A stretch of 64,000 nt of DNA from positions 180,797-244,796 of the forward strand of contig JALGSV010000002.1 in the NCBI GenBank assembly GCA_029821755.1. The letters run 5' to 3'. The notes under the pieces are model-generated. The model did not search any database, was not told the DNA's origin, and saw only the letters and a program-made list of their open reading frames with translations. This stretch comes from Candidatus Zipacnadum vermilionense (GTDB lineage Bacteria > Armatimonadota > Zipacnadia > Zipacnadales > Zipacnadaceae). Made by a program: the position numbers and the translations under genes. Within the stretch, counting starts at the first letter, position 1. Each line of letters begins with the position of its first letter. Of the stretch, positions 39,767 through 51,888 are shown piece by piece.

Positions 39767-40737
39767 AACTCAAGCCAAGTCCCCAAGCCCCTTTCCACCG
39801 CCCGCCGATAGACCAGCGGCGCAGTGGCCATATCGTCCAGCGCCAGACCCAGGTTGCAGGTCATGGTGCGCTCGCGATGCGTCTCTCGCCCCGGCTTGTG
39901 CCCAGCCACCAGTTCTCCTACCGTGGCGTAGATGCGCGGGAGGACCTGGAAGTACCCGAGGCTACGGTAGTGCTCCAACTGCCGTACGTCATCGGTACAC
40001 AGCTTGTCTACCTCGGCCAGCGCCGTCCGGTCCCAGTAGGTGTCGTAGTCCACCAGGGAAGCGAAGGCGCCCTCTTGCAGCCAACCGGCCTTGATCGAGG
40101 CATGCGGCTCCTTGAGGATCGGCCCGGCAGTCACCACTAGGTCGGCTTCGACGACCGCGTCGTGTGGTGAGTCAACGCAGGCAATTTCGAGACCGGTACT
40201 GGCCGCCATTTCGGTGGCGAAGCGCTGGGCTACGGCCGGGGCGGTGTCGTAAGCCAACACCCGCCGCAAGGGGAAGAGCACACACAGCGCCTCCAGGTTG
40301 CTGCGGCCCTGCACTCCACAGCCCAGGATGCCGACGGTCTCGGAGTCCGGGCGGGCCAGGTACTTCGCCGCGACGGCCGTGGCCGCGCCGGTGCGCTGGG
40401 CGGTGATCCAGGTGCAGTCCATGACGGCCAGCGGCCGCCCGGTCTCCTCGTCGTTGAGGAGGAGCAGGCCCATGATGTAGGGCTCGCCGCGCTGCTGATT
40501 CTCCGGGTAGCCGCTGACCCACTTGAGCCCCACAGAGTGTAGGGCGGGAATCCAGGCGGGCATGGCGTGCAGGAACGAATCCGGGCGCGGATGTACCCCC
40601 GGCTTGGGCGGCATCTCCACGCGCCCCTCGCCGTGCTCCCGGAAGCCGGCCTCCACGGCGTCGATGATCTCGGCCATGGTTACGCCAGCGGCCCCCACCT
40701 GAGCGCGGGAGAGATAGAGAAGAGATTCTCCGGACAT
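39763..40737 (-). CDS. Ornithine cyclodeaminase/mu-crystallin family protein
   Basis: HAMPA, GLKWVS, ITAQRTGA, GCGVQG, GLALDD. Confidence 0.92.
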   Translation of the reverse strand: MSGESLLYLSRAQVGAAGVTMAEIIDAVEAGFREHGEGRVEMPPKPGVHPRPDSFLHAMPAWIPALHSVGLKWVSGYPENQQRGEPYIMGLLLLNDEETGRPLAVMDCTWITAQRTGAATAVAAKYLARPDSETVGILGCGVQGRSNLEALCVLFPLRRVLAYDTAPAVAQRFATEMAASTGLEIACVDSPHDAVVEADLVVTAGPILKEPHASIKAGWLQEGAFASLVDYDTYWDRTALAEVDKLCTDDVRQLEHYRSLGYFQVLPRIYATVGELVAGHKPGRETHRERTMTCNLGLALDDMATAPLVYRRAVERGLGTWLEL

Positions 40738-40871
40738 GGAGATGACCGCCCTATGGAGGGGCGAACCAAGCCGCGGGCCGGGGGCGCGGGACGACAGGTT
40801 CTATCCGGCCCCTCCTCGTTGGATCCTTCTTCCCCCTCCTGTGCAAGGGTAGGGGGTGAGTCGCTCCTCCC

Positions 40872-43070
<2,199 letters not shown>

Positions 43071-43132
43071 CTAAAGGACCCAACGAAGGCCGAATGCATC
43101 CCCTTCTCGCACCGTCCCCATTTCTGTCTCTT

Positions 43133-43161
43133 ATGATACCAGAGACAGCCCGTTTTGTCAA
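43133..43161 (-). promoter_or_regulatory. Sigma70-type promoter for gyrB
   Basis: Minus strand TTGACA (43161-43156), 17 bp, TATCAT (43138-43133). Confidence 0.82.
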
Positions 43162-43369
43162 TTTTCAAGCGCCTTTCTAGGCCCTGGAAATGCCGTTTCT
43201 CGGGGCGGTTCTGTATAAGAAAGGCGGCCCGATCTTACACAAGGCTGCACTCAGACATTTGGCGGCGAAAGGTTTCTGGAAACAGCGGAGGATACCTCCT
43301 CCCCAGCGGCGAAACCCGCCCAAATTCCCACCATTTGAGACTCTCAACTTACGCCAAGGAGACTTCACC

Positions 43370-44389
43370 ATGACCACGCTGGACACTATCCGGATGGGCA
43401 TCATCGGGTGCGGAGGCAACGGGCGAGGGCACTTGCACTGCTACGTGAATGACTACCCGGGGGTCGTCGAGATCGTCGGGCTGGCCGACCCCAGCAAGGC
43501 AGCGCGCGAGCAAGCCTGGGAGATGACCGGCAAGCGCCCGGGGGTGAAGGTCTTCGCCTCACATGAGACCTTGCTCAAGCGTACCCGGCCGGACGCAGTG
43601 CTCATCAGCACCCCCCACGTCTTCCACACTCAGCAGATTCTGGACTCACTGGCCGCCGGTTGCCACGTGCTGGCGGAGAAGCCGATGGTGTGCTCGGCCC
43701 AGGACGCCAAGGCCGTTATCGCCGCGACGAAGAAAGCCGACAAGATCCTGGCCGTGGGCTACAGCCGCCGCACGATGGGGCCGTACCTCTACACCAAGCG
43801 CGTCATCGAATCAGGCGAGATCGGCGACGTCGTCTTCGTCTCTTGCTGGCAGTCACAGAACTGGTGGGCCAGCCAGAAAGGCACCTGGCGGCAGAAGCTG
43901 GCGCTGTCCTGCGGGGGCCAGCTCAACGACTCTGGCAGCCACCTGGTGGATATCATCCTGTGGATGACGGGCCTGGAGCCGGAGACGGCTTTCGCTTTCC
44001 AGGACAACTGCGGGACGGAAGTGGATATCCTGACGGCGGCGAGTGTGCGGGCCAAGAGCGTCGGCGCTCAGGGCGGAGCACTGATGAACTTCTCGGTGGT
44101 GGCCAAATCGGTCAACTTCGTAGAGGACATCACTATCTGGGGAAGCAAGGGGACCATCGCGATCCGCCAGGACGGGGAGGTGTGGCGCTGGGAGAGCGAC
44201 CAGAAGCAGTGGAAGGTGCCTAAGCGGCAGCTCCCCAAGTCCCGGCGCCCGGACGACAACTTCCTGGCGGTCCTGCAGGGCAAGGAGAGGGAGATCGCCG
44301 CCCCGGTGGAGTGCGGCCTGGCGGTGATGCGCCTGAGCGAGGCGGTGTGGAAGTCGGCGAAGAGCGGGAAGCCGGAGAAGGTGAGGTAA
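43370..44389 (+). CDS. Gfo/Idh/MocA family oxidoreductase
   Basis: GIIGCGGNG, ISTPH..H, VLAEKPM, D.GSHLVD. Confidence 0.92.
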   Translation: MTTLDTIRMGIIGCGGNGRGHLHCYVNDYPGVVEIVGLADPSKAAREQAWEMTGKRPGVKVFASHETLLKRTRPDAVLISTPHVFHTQQILDSLAAGCHVLAEKPMVCSAQDAKAVIAATKKADKILAVGYSRRTMGPYLYTKRVIESGEIGDVVFVSCWQSQNWWASQKGTWRQKLALSCGGQLNDSGSHLVDIILWMTGLEPETAFAFQDNCGTEVDILTAASVRAKSVGAQGGALMNFSVVAKSVNFVEDITIWGSKGTIAIRQDGEVWRWESDQKQWKVPKRQLPKSRRPDDNFLAVLQGKEREIAAPVECGLAVMRLSEAVWKSAKSGKPEKVR

Positions 44390-44400
44390 GCGCCGGCCTC

Positions 44401-44456
44401 CCCGGTGGCACCGGCGTCTCGCCGGTGCTCCGCGTGGGGCGGGCTTCCAGCCCGCC
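44401..44456. repeat. Family B palindrome plus GTGGGGCGGGC-ttcca-GCCCGCC REP-like element between convergent genes
   Basis: Direct reading. Confidence 0.8.
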
Positions 44457-44478
44457 GCTGGTGCCATGTCCCCGCTGC

Positions 44479-45453
44479 TCAGTCTCTGGGGATGTCCACG
44501 TTAATCTGTACCGGCGCCACGCCGAACGCAGCGACTTCCGCTCCGCCTGCTTTCTCGCGCACCACCACGTCGACCCAGACGAACGCGCTCCTCTGCTGGG
44601 CGGGCTGCGTCCCCTCAGGGTAGCCGGGCAGCGGCGTCCACGGCCGGAACCGGCAGACGTAGTAGCCCTCCCTGATCACCTGCTCCAGCGGCACCGGCGC
44701 GAGAGCCGTCTCCGAGTGGAATGACCCCTGCTCCGACATCAGCCCAATCGTGATCTCCAGCACGCGGTCGGGACCGGCCAGCTTGTCCAGGCCCACAGTG
44801 TCAAAGCGCAGGATTGCCCGCGCCTCCTCTCCCCGCCGGAAGGTGTCAGCGAAGTATACGGCCCCCACCTGTTTGACCCCTCCGCCGTACGGTGAAGAGA
44901 CCAGGTTCACCCCAAAGCGGGCGCTGGTTTCGGGGGCGATGGGATGCAGCAGCCCTGCTTCCTCCAGGCGAGCATGCAGGCGGGGTGAGAACCGCTGGTC
45001 CTGGGCCCCACTCGCATAGCCATTGGCGAGGGGGAAGAGAGTCGACGTCGTCCCCAAGGGGAAGAGGTCCATGAAGGTGGGACCGTTGTAGGACGCTGAG
45101 GAGAAGCTGCTGACCGTCTGGCCCCGGTAGATCACACCGTCGCGGTCCCTCAGCACGAAGGCTCGACTGAGCCCGGGGCGTGCGGCCCAACATAGGAAAT
45201 CGATGGCTGCCCGCTTCTCCAGCCACAGCACCTGACGGTCCCAGTCGAACTCGATCAGGTCGCTGCCCCGGAAGATGACCTCCCCGGTCTCGGCATCCAC
45301 CCACTCCAGGTCGGCGACCTTCTCGCGCTGCGGCCCCGGCTGTCCCTCGGCGGACGGATGCAGCGCCAGCACCAAGCCTACACCCATCACCGCGAGGAAC
45401 ACCGCGAGGGGCACCCGTCGCGGTCTCAGCCACCCGAACAGATCGGCTCGCAT
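44479..45453 (-). CDS. Exported/membrane-anchored hypothetical protein
   Basis: ATG at 45453, hydrophobic N-terminal segment, ~324 aa; no recognised family. Confidence 0.6.
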   Translation of the reverse strand: MRADLFGWLRPRRVPLAVFLAVMGVGLVLALHPSAEGQPGPQREKVADLEWVDAETGEVIFRGSDLIEFDWDRQVLWLEKRAAIDFLCWAARPGLSRAFVLRDRDGVIYRGQTVSSFSSASYNGPTFMDLFPLGTTSTLFPLANGYASGAQDQRFSPRLHARLEEAGLLHPIAPETSARFGVNLVSSPYGGGVKQVGAVYFADTFRRGEEARAILRFDTVGLDKLAGPDRVLEITIGLMSEQGSFHSETALAPVPLEQVIREGYYVCRFRPWTPLPGYPEGTQPAQQRSAFVWVDVVVREKAGGAEVAAFGVAPVQINVDIPRD

Positions 45454-45548
45454 GATCGGACCTCCGGCCCGGCACCGCCGCAGACTTGGTTGCTTTGCTG
45501 TCTCAACCAACGCTCGGTGGGGACCGGAAGTTCCCTGGCACCTCTCCC

Positions 45549-46340
45549 CTACCCCTTCCTCCCCGCCAACGCGGTGGATATACGGAAGGTCATGTCTCGG
45601 CGCGTTATCTCCTGGAACCCCACCCTCTCCATCTCCGCGGCCACCTCGTCGGCGGGGACGAAGCAGTCGATGCTGCGGGGTAGCCAGGCGTAAGCGGCCG
45701 CCTCGCCACTGATGGTCCGGCCAATCAGGGGGACGATGCGCTTGATGAAGAAGGCCACCGGCCAGGGCCAGGGCTCCTTGCACATATCCAGGATGAGGGC
45801 CTGCCCGCCGGAGCGCAGGACGCGGTGCATCTCGGCGATTCCCTGGCGCCAGTCGGCCAGGTTGCGCAGGCTGAATCCGCACAGGAGCACGTCGAAAGAA
45901 TCGGCGGGGAAGGGCAGGGCCAAGGCGTCGGCGACGACGAACTGGGCGGGAGGGATGGGCAGCTTGGCCGGGGCGCAGCGCAGCATCAGCTCCGAGAAGT
46001 CAGTCAGTACGAGGCGGCCGGCGTCGGAGTGTTCCTCCAGCCACAGGCGCGACAACTCCCCAGTTCCCGCACAGACATCCAGCACGCGGGCGGAGGGCGG
46101 GGCCGGGGCGCCCCGGAGCATCTTGCGTCGCCAGCCACCCTCCAGGCCCAAGGTCATGACCCGGTTGAGCTTGTCGTAATGGGGAGCGATGCGGTCGAAC
46201 TGCTCGTGGATCCAGGCAGGATGGGGGCAGGAGGGGTGCTGCTCTTCCTTCCGCGTGGAGCGAGCTTCCAGCCCGCCGCTCTGTCGCTGGGAGGAACTTG
46301 CGCTGTCACCGCGCCCCTCTTGCTGATGCGTCTTCCCCAT
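45549..46340 (-). CDS. ubiE: UbiE/MenG family SAM-dependent methyltransferase
   Basis: FDRIA..YD..N..MTLG, VLDVCAGTGE, DA..LPF, FSLRN, LR.GG; start uncertain. Confidence 0.88.
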   Translation of the reverse strand: MGKTHQQEGRGDSASSSQRQSGGLEARSTRKEEQHPSCPHPAWIHEQFDRIAPHYDKLNRVMTLGLEGGWRRKMLRGAPAPPSARVLDVCAGTGELSRLWLEEHSDAGRLVLTDFSELMLRCAPAKLPIPPAQFVVADALALPFPADSFDVLLCGFSLRNLADWRQGIAEMHRVLRSGGQALILDMCKEPWPWPVAFFIKRIVPLIGRTISGEAAAYAWLPRSIDCFVPADEVAAEMERVGFQEITRRDMTFRISTALAGRKG

Positions 46341-46345
46341 TTCCC

Positions 46346-46621
46346 CTACCCCGCCGCCAGCGGCGCGATGAGGGTTAGCTCATCGCCCTCGGCCACCAGC
46401 GTTTCCAGGCCCTGGTGCACGCGCAGATCATCGTTGTTGAGGTATACCCGCAACTCGCTGCGCAGCGCGCCGGTTCGGTCGAATAGTGCGGGAAGCAGGG
46501 AGGGATGTGCGGAGACGGCCGCCTCCAGCGCCTCCCCTGCGGTGGTGGCGGGGACGCAGAGGGTGTACTTCCCCTCGGCGAGCGGACGTAGGGGACTGGT
46601 TAGGCGCAGAGCTATGGGCAT
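46346..46621 (-). CDS. MoaD/ThiS/CysO-like ubiquitin-fold protein ending in ...AAG
   Basis: G.LR..LRVYLN..D...GL.T....GDEL..IAPLAAG. Confidence 0.85.
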   Translation of the reverse strand: MPIALRLTSPLRPLAEGKYTLCVPATTAGEALEAAVSAHPSLLPALFDRTGALRSELRVYLNNDDLRVHQGLETLVAEGDELTLIAPLAAG

Positions 46622-46652
46622 GGGTTTCTCTCCGCAGGTAGGCTGGCCCCGC

Positions 46653-47948
46653 TCAGGAGGTCAGCCGTCGGGCGCATTCATTGGCTTTGGCGATGACCTC
46701 GGCTTCGTCTATCTGGGTCAGCTTCCCGTCACGATAGACGATTTCTCCGTCTACCAGGGTCATGCTCACGTCGTCGGCGCGGGCGGCGTAGACCAGGTGG
46801 GAGTAGACATGGTACAGCGGCTGCAGATGCGGACCGGAGAGGTCTACTACCGCGAGGTCGGCGCGCTTGCCGGGGGTGAGGGTGCCGGTCATCTCCTCCA
46901 GGGCCAGTGAACGCGCGCCCTCGCGGGTGGCCATCGTCAGGGCAGTCTCGGCGGGAACGGTGGTGGGGTCGCCGGTGACGGCCTTGTCCACGATTCCGGC
47001 CAGCAGCATCTCCTGGAAGAGGTCCAGGTTGTTGTTGGAAGCGCAGCCGTCGGTGCCCAGACCAACCACCGCACCCGCCTTGAGCAGCCGGGAGAGCGGA
47101 GCGAAACCGGAGGCCAGCTTGAGGTTGCTCCCCGGGCAGTGCGCGACGCCCACCTGATTCTCGACCAGGATCTCAATGTCGCGGTCGGTCAGGTGCACGC
47201 AATGCGCGGCGCTGACTCGCTGCCGGAAGAAACCCAGCATCTGTAGGCGCTCCACCGGGGTATGGGCGTAGTCGCGCAGGCTGTCCTGCACTTCGCCTGC
47301 GGTTTCGGAGAGGTGAATGTGGATCGGCACGCCCAGCTCGCCGGCGTACTCGGCCACCTGCTCCAGCAGCGGGTCGGGGCAGGTGTAGGGCGCATGGGGG
47401 CCAAACATGGGGTGGAGACGGGAGTGACCGGTCTGCAGCGTCTCGGCCACGAAGTCGCGGGCCTGCTGGAGCATGTCGCCGGCGTTAGGCAGGAAGCCGA
47501 GCAGCACGCCGGAGGGACAGGCGCGAATGCCGCCGTCCACCGCGGCGCGAGTGGCGTCGCGGTAGAAGTGGTACATATCGCTGAAACAGGTCACGCCGCC
47601 GCGCAGCATCTCGCAGATGCCCAGCAGCGCACCCCAATAGACGTCCTCGCCCGTCAGCTTGGCCTCGGTGGGCCAAATCTTCTCCTCCAGCCAGGGCTGC
47701 AGCGGCATGTCATCGGCGAACCCGCGCAGGAGGGTCATGGAGACGTGGGTGTGGGCGTTAACCAAGCCGGGTAGGACCACGCAGCCCGAGCAGTCCAGGC
47801 GGGTGGCGTCCGGGGTCGGAGGCGCCGCGGCGGCGGGACCGGCGTAAGTGAGCAGGTTCCCCTCCGTCACGACGACGCCCGACTCGCTAACGGCCGCGCC
47901 GGGCTCCATGGTGAGGACGATTGCGTTTTCGAGGCGATAGCTGGTCAT
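46653..47948 (-). CDS. mtaD: Amidohydrolase, MTA/SAH deaminase (MtaD) type
   Basis: NAHTH, LLRGFADD.PL..WL...IWP.E, PHAPYT, HIHLSET, SNLKLASG, GTDG..SNN. Confidence 0.85.
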   Translation of the reverse strand: MTSYRLENAIVLTMEPGAAVSESGVVVTEGNLLTYAGPAAAAPPTPDATRLDCSGCVVLPGLVNAHTHVSMTLLRGFADDMPLQPWLEEKIWPTEAKLTGEDVYWGALLGICEMLRGGVTCFSDMYHFYRDATRAAVDGGIRACPSGVLLGFLPNAGDMLQQARDFVAETLQTGHSRLHPMFGPHAPYTCPDPLLEQVAEYAGELGVPIHIHLSETAGEVQDSLRDYAHTPVERLQMLGFFRQRVSAAHCVHLTDRDIEILVENQVGVAHCPGSNLKLASGFAPLSRLLKAGAVVGLGTDGCASNNNLDLFQEMLLAGIVDKAVTGDPTTVPAETALTMATREGARSLALEEMTGTLTPGKRADLAVVDLSGPHLQPLYHVYSHLVYAARADDVSMTLVDGEIVYRDGKLTQIDEAEVIAKANECARRLTS

Positions 47949-47987
47949 GGACCTCCCGATGATGGGCGCCCCACAAGGGCGCCTGCT

Positions 47988-48605
47988 CTATTTTAGCCAC
48001 GCGTTGGTCTGCAGCTCCTGGGTCAGAAGCGAGGAGGCGCCATGGCCGGGGTAGATCAGGGTGATGGGCGATAGCTCGGTGACCAGACGTTGGAGGCTGG
48101 CCGCCAGGTCCGCCTCGGCGCCGCCGGGCAGGTCGGTGCGGCCTACCGCTCCGGCGAAGAGGGTATCGCCGGTGAAGGCTACCTCCTCGCCGTACAGAAC
48201 GAGGGAGCCGGGACTGTGGCCGGGGGTGTGCAGCACCCGCAAATCGGCCTCCCCTACCTTCAGTACGTCCCCGTCACGCACCTCGCGGATCACTGTGCCG
48301 GGGCCGGCGGGGGGCTCGGCAACGAAGTACTCCGGCCAGGTATGCCGCAGTAGAGGGGCGTCGGCGGGGTGGATATGGACTGGAGCCCCGGTGGTCGCGA
48401 CGACCTTGCGCAGAGCGCCGGTGTGATCCGGGTGGCCGTGGGTGAGAACGATGCCGCGCAACGACATCTCCTCGGCTTCCAGGGTCATAAGAATGGTGTC
48501 TGCGTCCGCGCCGGGATCGATCAGCAGGGCGCCGGGATCGTCGTCCCCGCTAACCAAGTAGCAGTTGGTGGCCAGCGGGCCCACTATGATCTGGATGATA
48601 CGCAT
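47988..48605 (-). CDS. MBL-fold metallo-hydrolase (glyoxalase II-like)
   Basis: THGHPDH, TPGHSPGS, FTGDTLF, PGHG. Confidence 0.92.
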   Translation of the reverse strand: MRIIQIIVGPLATNCYLVSGDDDPGALLIDPGADADTILMTLEAEEMSLRGIVLTHGHPDHTGALRKVVATTGAPVHIHPADAPLLRHTWPEYFVAEPPAGPGTVIREVRDGDVLKVGEADLRVLHTPGHSPGSLVLYGEEVAFTGDTLFAGAVGRTDLPGGAEADLAASLQRLVTELSPITLIYPGHGASSLLTQELQTNAWLK

Positions 48606-48697
48606 AAACTAGTGTCTCCCCAGTCTGGGCCGAGTACTTCGCGGCACTCAGGCCGAGCGTCGCTCGTGGGCGGCCCCTCCGGTGCGCCGGAGAGCTC

Positions 48698-49501
48698 TCA
48701 GCGGCCGAACCGCCGCCGCACTTTCTCCAGGCAGTTCCGGTCGTAAGCGCCCAGATGTCCCGCCCCCAGGTACTCCCGCTCCGCCTCCTGCTCCCGGCCC
48801 ATGCGCACTAGCTGGTCGCCCAGGAGGTGCCGGTAGACGCGGTTGTCCGGAGATATCTCCACGGCGCGACGCAGGGCGCGGAGGGCGGGCGAGCGTCGGC
48901 GCTGGCGAGAATAGGCGGCGGCCAGGCGCATGTGATACAGGTCGTCGAGGCGGGCGCAAGCCACGGCGGCCTCGTACTCGGTGATGGCCGCGGCGTAGTC
49001 ACGCAGCGCGAAGTAGGCCTCGGCCAGCTTGAAATGGTAGAAGCCGTCCCAGGGGGCCAGGGCCACGGCGTGCTGCAGGTGCTCCAGCGCCTGGCGGTAG
49101 GCGCGGTCGCTGACGTACATTTGGCCCAGGCGATAGCGCAGGTAGGCGCGGTTGCGGTCGCAACGGATAGCCTCGGCCAGTCGGCGTCTGGCGGCCTGGG
49201 GGCGGCCCAGGTTGGCATACAGTTCGGCCAGCCCCAAATGTCCCTCGGCCTGACGGGGGGCGCGGCACAGGGCCCGGGAGTAAGAGGCGAGCGCGTCCTG
49301 CATCCGATCTTGCAGGCGGTAGGTCTCGGCAATTCCCAGGTGAGCCTCTACGTTGTCCTCGTCCAGGCGCAGGGCGCGTTGGTACTCGCGTAGGGCGGCC
49401 TCGCCTCGGCCGGCAGCGGCCACCATGCGCCCGCGCCGGCAGTGCAGGCGAACCTGGGCCCGGCGGGCTTGTTCTGTTTCGTTGGGTGTATGACTAGGCA
49501 T
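48698..49501 (-). CDS. Tetratricopeptide repeat protein
   Basis: Repeated A...Y..AL...P....AH..LA units. Confidence 0.85.
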   Translation of the reverse strand: MPSHTPNETEQARRAQVRLHCRRGRMVAAAGRGEAALREYQRALRLDEDNVEAHLGIAETYRLQDRMQDALASYSRALCRAPRQAEGHLGLAELYANLGRPQAARRRLAEAIRCDRNRAYLRYRLGQMYVSDRAYRQALEHLQHAVALAPWDGFYHFKLAEAYFALRDYAAAITEYEAAVACARLDDLYHMRLAAAYSRQRRRSPALRALRRAVEISPDNRVYRHLLGDQLVRMGREQEAEREYLGAGHLGAYDRNCLEKVRRRFGR

Positions 49502-49581
49502 CTCGAGTCTCTGCGAGCGTCTCGCAGCCGGGGGAGGCCTCACCCCCTGCCCCCTCTCCTTGCAGGAGAGGGGGGAGAGCA

Positions 49582-50040
49582 TCATAGGGGCGGATGTAGC
49601 GCCTCCTCGTCCAGCACCAGCGTTACCGGCCCGTCATTGGTCAGGGCTACGTGCATGTGGGCGCCGAATTCACCGGTTTCTACCGGGATTCCCCGGGCGC
49701 GTAGGGCGGCTACGAACTGGGCGAAGAGCGCCTCGGCTTGCTCCGGCGGAGCGGCAGAACTGAAGCTGGGCCGCCGGCCCTTGCGGACATCGGCCTGTAG
49801 TGTAAAGTTCGGCACCGCGAGTATCTTTCCCTCCACCTCCAGCACCGACAGGTTCATCTTGCCCGCGGTGTCCTCGAAGATGCGGAACTCAGGAATACGG
49901 CGGGCCCAGTAGTCAATCTCGACGGCGCCATCCCCAGGGGCAAAGCCGACCAGCAGCAAGAGGCCGCGCCCGATGGAACCGGTGACGCGGCCGTCGACCG
50001 TCACTTCCGCCTGAGAAACGCGTTGGAGGACGAGACGCAT
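49582..50040 (-). CDS. dtd: D-aminoacyl-tRNA deacylase
   Basis: [34 protein letters not shown]. Confidence 0.96.
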   Translation of the reverse strand: MRLVLQRVSQAEVTVDGRVTGSIGRGLLLLVGFAPGDGAVEIDYWARRIPEFRIFEDTAGKMNLSVLEVEGKILAVPNFTLQADVRKGRRPSFSSAAPPEQAEALFAQFVAALRARGIPVETGEFGAHMHVALTNDGPVTLVLDEEALHPPL

Positions 50041-50077
50041 GGGCTTAAGAATCGATAGTCGACTATCAATGCCTTTC

Positions 50078-51154
50078 CTACCGCAACCTCCTCACCGCCA
50101 CCGACCAGTCGACGATATCCACCGCGTTCTTCTGCGCCGGGGTGACCGGGCCCTGGAGGGTGGTGTCGCCGGGGCCCTCCGGGACGAAGGCGTCGGCGTT
50201 GGTCAGGGTCAGGAATTGGCGGGGATCGAAGCGGCGGATGGCGTCGTTGCCCAGTGGCCCCAGGCCGTCGTAAGTGTGCTGCCGGGGGTCGGTGATGGTG
50301 GGGTCGAAGATGAGTTGAGTCGTGGTGATGAAATTGAAGCCCACATTGCTCGGGCTTGCCCCCAGCGACGCCAGGTCGAGGGAGAAACTTAGCTCCGTGC
50401 CTCCCGCGGGCAAGACGTAGTCGAATAGCGTAGGGCTCAGCAGCAGGCCGTTAGGCGCGAACTGCACCTGGATGGTAGCCGCGTCGCCGACCGATAGGTC
50501 GCCGGTGGTGATGATCAGCCCCGGCACCGGCGGGGTGGCGGTGGGCGTGCTGGTATTGGCCAGGAGCGTCCCCGTCGTAGTGGTGGTCTGGCTGGTGCTA
50601 GAGGAGGTGAAGACGACCGTCACCTCATATACGGGTGGAGTGTCGGTGGACACGGAGGTTACCGTCAAGACGTAGGTGCCTGCCTCGAAGCCCGTCACGT
50701 TGCCGGCGATGCTGAGAATCCCGCCGATGTGGGAGCTGAGGAAGGCCTCCAGTTGGGTCTGGAAGAGGTTGTACTGGCCCAGGTGGTACTCGACGTAGTG
50801 GGTGATGGCGCCGGCGCCCCAACCGTTGCCCCAGTAGGGCCCGGCGGCCACCGGCACAGGGAAGCTGTTGGTGTCCGCACTAGCGTTGAAGGCGACGAAG
50901 TAGTAGGAGTTCTCATCCACCGGCCCAGCCAGGCGTAGGACCACGTCAATGACGGAGGTGGGGATGGTGAGGTCGCCCAGGGAGCCGGTGTTGGCACAGC
51001 CGGCGAGGAGTAGGAGGCACACCAAGCCCAGAGCGCCCAAGGAGGGGCCGAATACGAGCGCGGCGCGCAAGCCCCGTCGGGGGAGGGGCATACGAGCGCC
51101 GCTCCGGCGAAGCGGCGCGAAGTATCCGGCCCAGGGAGCGCGCGCTCGTCTCAT
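50078..51154 (-). CDS. Putative lipoprotein of unknown function (Thr-rich central segment); start uncertain
   Basis: Hydrophobic stretch followed by lipobox LLAGC. Confidence 0.65.
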   Translation of the reverse strand: MRRARAPWAGYFAPLRRSGARMPLPRRGLRAALVFGPSLGALGLVCLLLLAGCANTGSLGDLTIPTSVIDVVLRLAGPVDENSYYFVAFNASADTNSFPVPVAAGPYWGNGWGAGAITHYVEYHLGQYNLFQTQLEAFLSSHIGGILSIAGNVTGFEAGTYVLTVTSVSTDTPPVYEVTVVFTSSSTSQTTTTTGTLLANTSTPTATPPVPGLIITTGDLSVGDAATIQVQFAPNGLLLSPTLFDYVLPAGGTELSFSLDLASLGASPSNVGFNFITTTQLIFDPTITDPRQHTYDGLGPLGNDAIRRFDPRQFLTLTNADAFVPEGPGDTTLQGPVTPAQKNAVDIVDWSVAVRRLR

Positions 51155-51156
51155 GC

Positions 51157-51888
51157 TTACTGCGACTCCTCCCGGCGCCGAATTCGTTCGAGCATGGTCT
51201 CGGCATTGTCGCGCAGGATGCCGGGCAACTCGTGCTGCTTGACCCCCGCACCAAGCAGGACGGTGCGGGCGAAGTCGGGACTGAGTAGGCCGCCGGGGTC
51301 GTGGGCATCACTGCCCAGGAGGACCCTCGCGCCGGCCTGCCGGGCCAGCTCCACCACGCGGCCATTGCCCAGCGAGTGGCCGAACTTGGCAGTGACCTCC
51401 ACGAAGACGTTGTTCTCAGCGGCGAGGCGGGCCTCCGTCTCGGTGAGGAGGCCGGGATGGGCGAGCAGATCCACGTTGGGGCAACTCACGGCAGCCAGGT
51501 TGGTGCCCGGCTCGGTCGGCTCCACCGGCGTCTCGCCGTGGACGACCACGTACAACGCGCCCGAGCGGCGGGCCAGGGCGGCCAACTCGGCAATCGCCGA
51601 GGCGGGGACATGCGTGAGCTCCACGCCGGGGTAGACGGGGAAGTCCCAGCGTTCGCGGGCCAGGCGGCAGTCGGCGGCGGCCTCGTGCAAGCGTCGCTCC
51701 AGGCCACCAGCGCCGCTGTGGTCGCTCAGGCCCATGCCCGCATACCCGGCCACCACCGCGCGGCGGAATAGCTCTATCGGCACCAGCACGCCGTCGCTGA
51801 GTAGACTGTGGGTGTGGAAGTCGTACAGGGGCAGGGCACCCTCCGGCGCCGCGGAATCCCAGCTCAGGTCTCCTGGGAGAATAGCCAT
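51157..51888 (-). CDS. PHP-domain protein (histidinol-phosphate phosphatase domain-containing type)
   Basis: DFHTHS..SDG, SDH, GVELTHVP, VHGETPVEP, LAHPG, SDAH. Confidence 0.88.
   Translation of the reverse strand: MAILPGDLSWDSAAPEGALPLYDFHTHSLLSDGVLVPIELFRRAVVAGYAGMGLSDHSGAGGLERRLHEAAADCRLARERWDFPVYPGVELTHVPASAIAELAALARRSGALYVVVHGETPVEPTEPGTNLAAVSCPNVDLLAHPGLLTETEARLAAENNVFVEVTAKFGHSLGNGRVVELARQAGARVLLGSDAHDPGGLLSPDFARTVLLGAGVKQHELPGILRDNAETMLERIRRREESQ

Noticed and set aside
43260-43325. c-di-AMP (ydaO) or c-di-GMP riboswitch
   Set aside because: Only short motif resemblance (GGAGGATACC); the other conserved segments are missing.
46653-47948. Aminodeoxyfutalosine deaminase (suggested by proximity to menG/ubiE)
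   Set aside because: Motifs match the MtaD/TrzA type; no other futalosine-pathway genes in the window.
51524-51541. Family B palindrome inside the PHP gene (HGETPVEP)
   Set aside because: Partial match that coincides with a motif conserved in this PHP family; probably coincidental.
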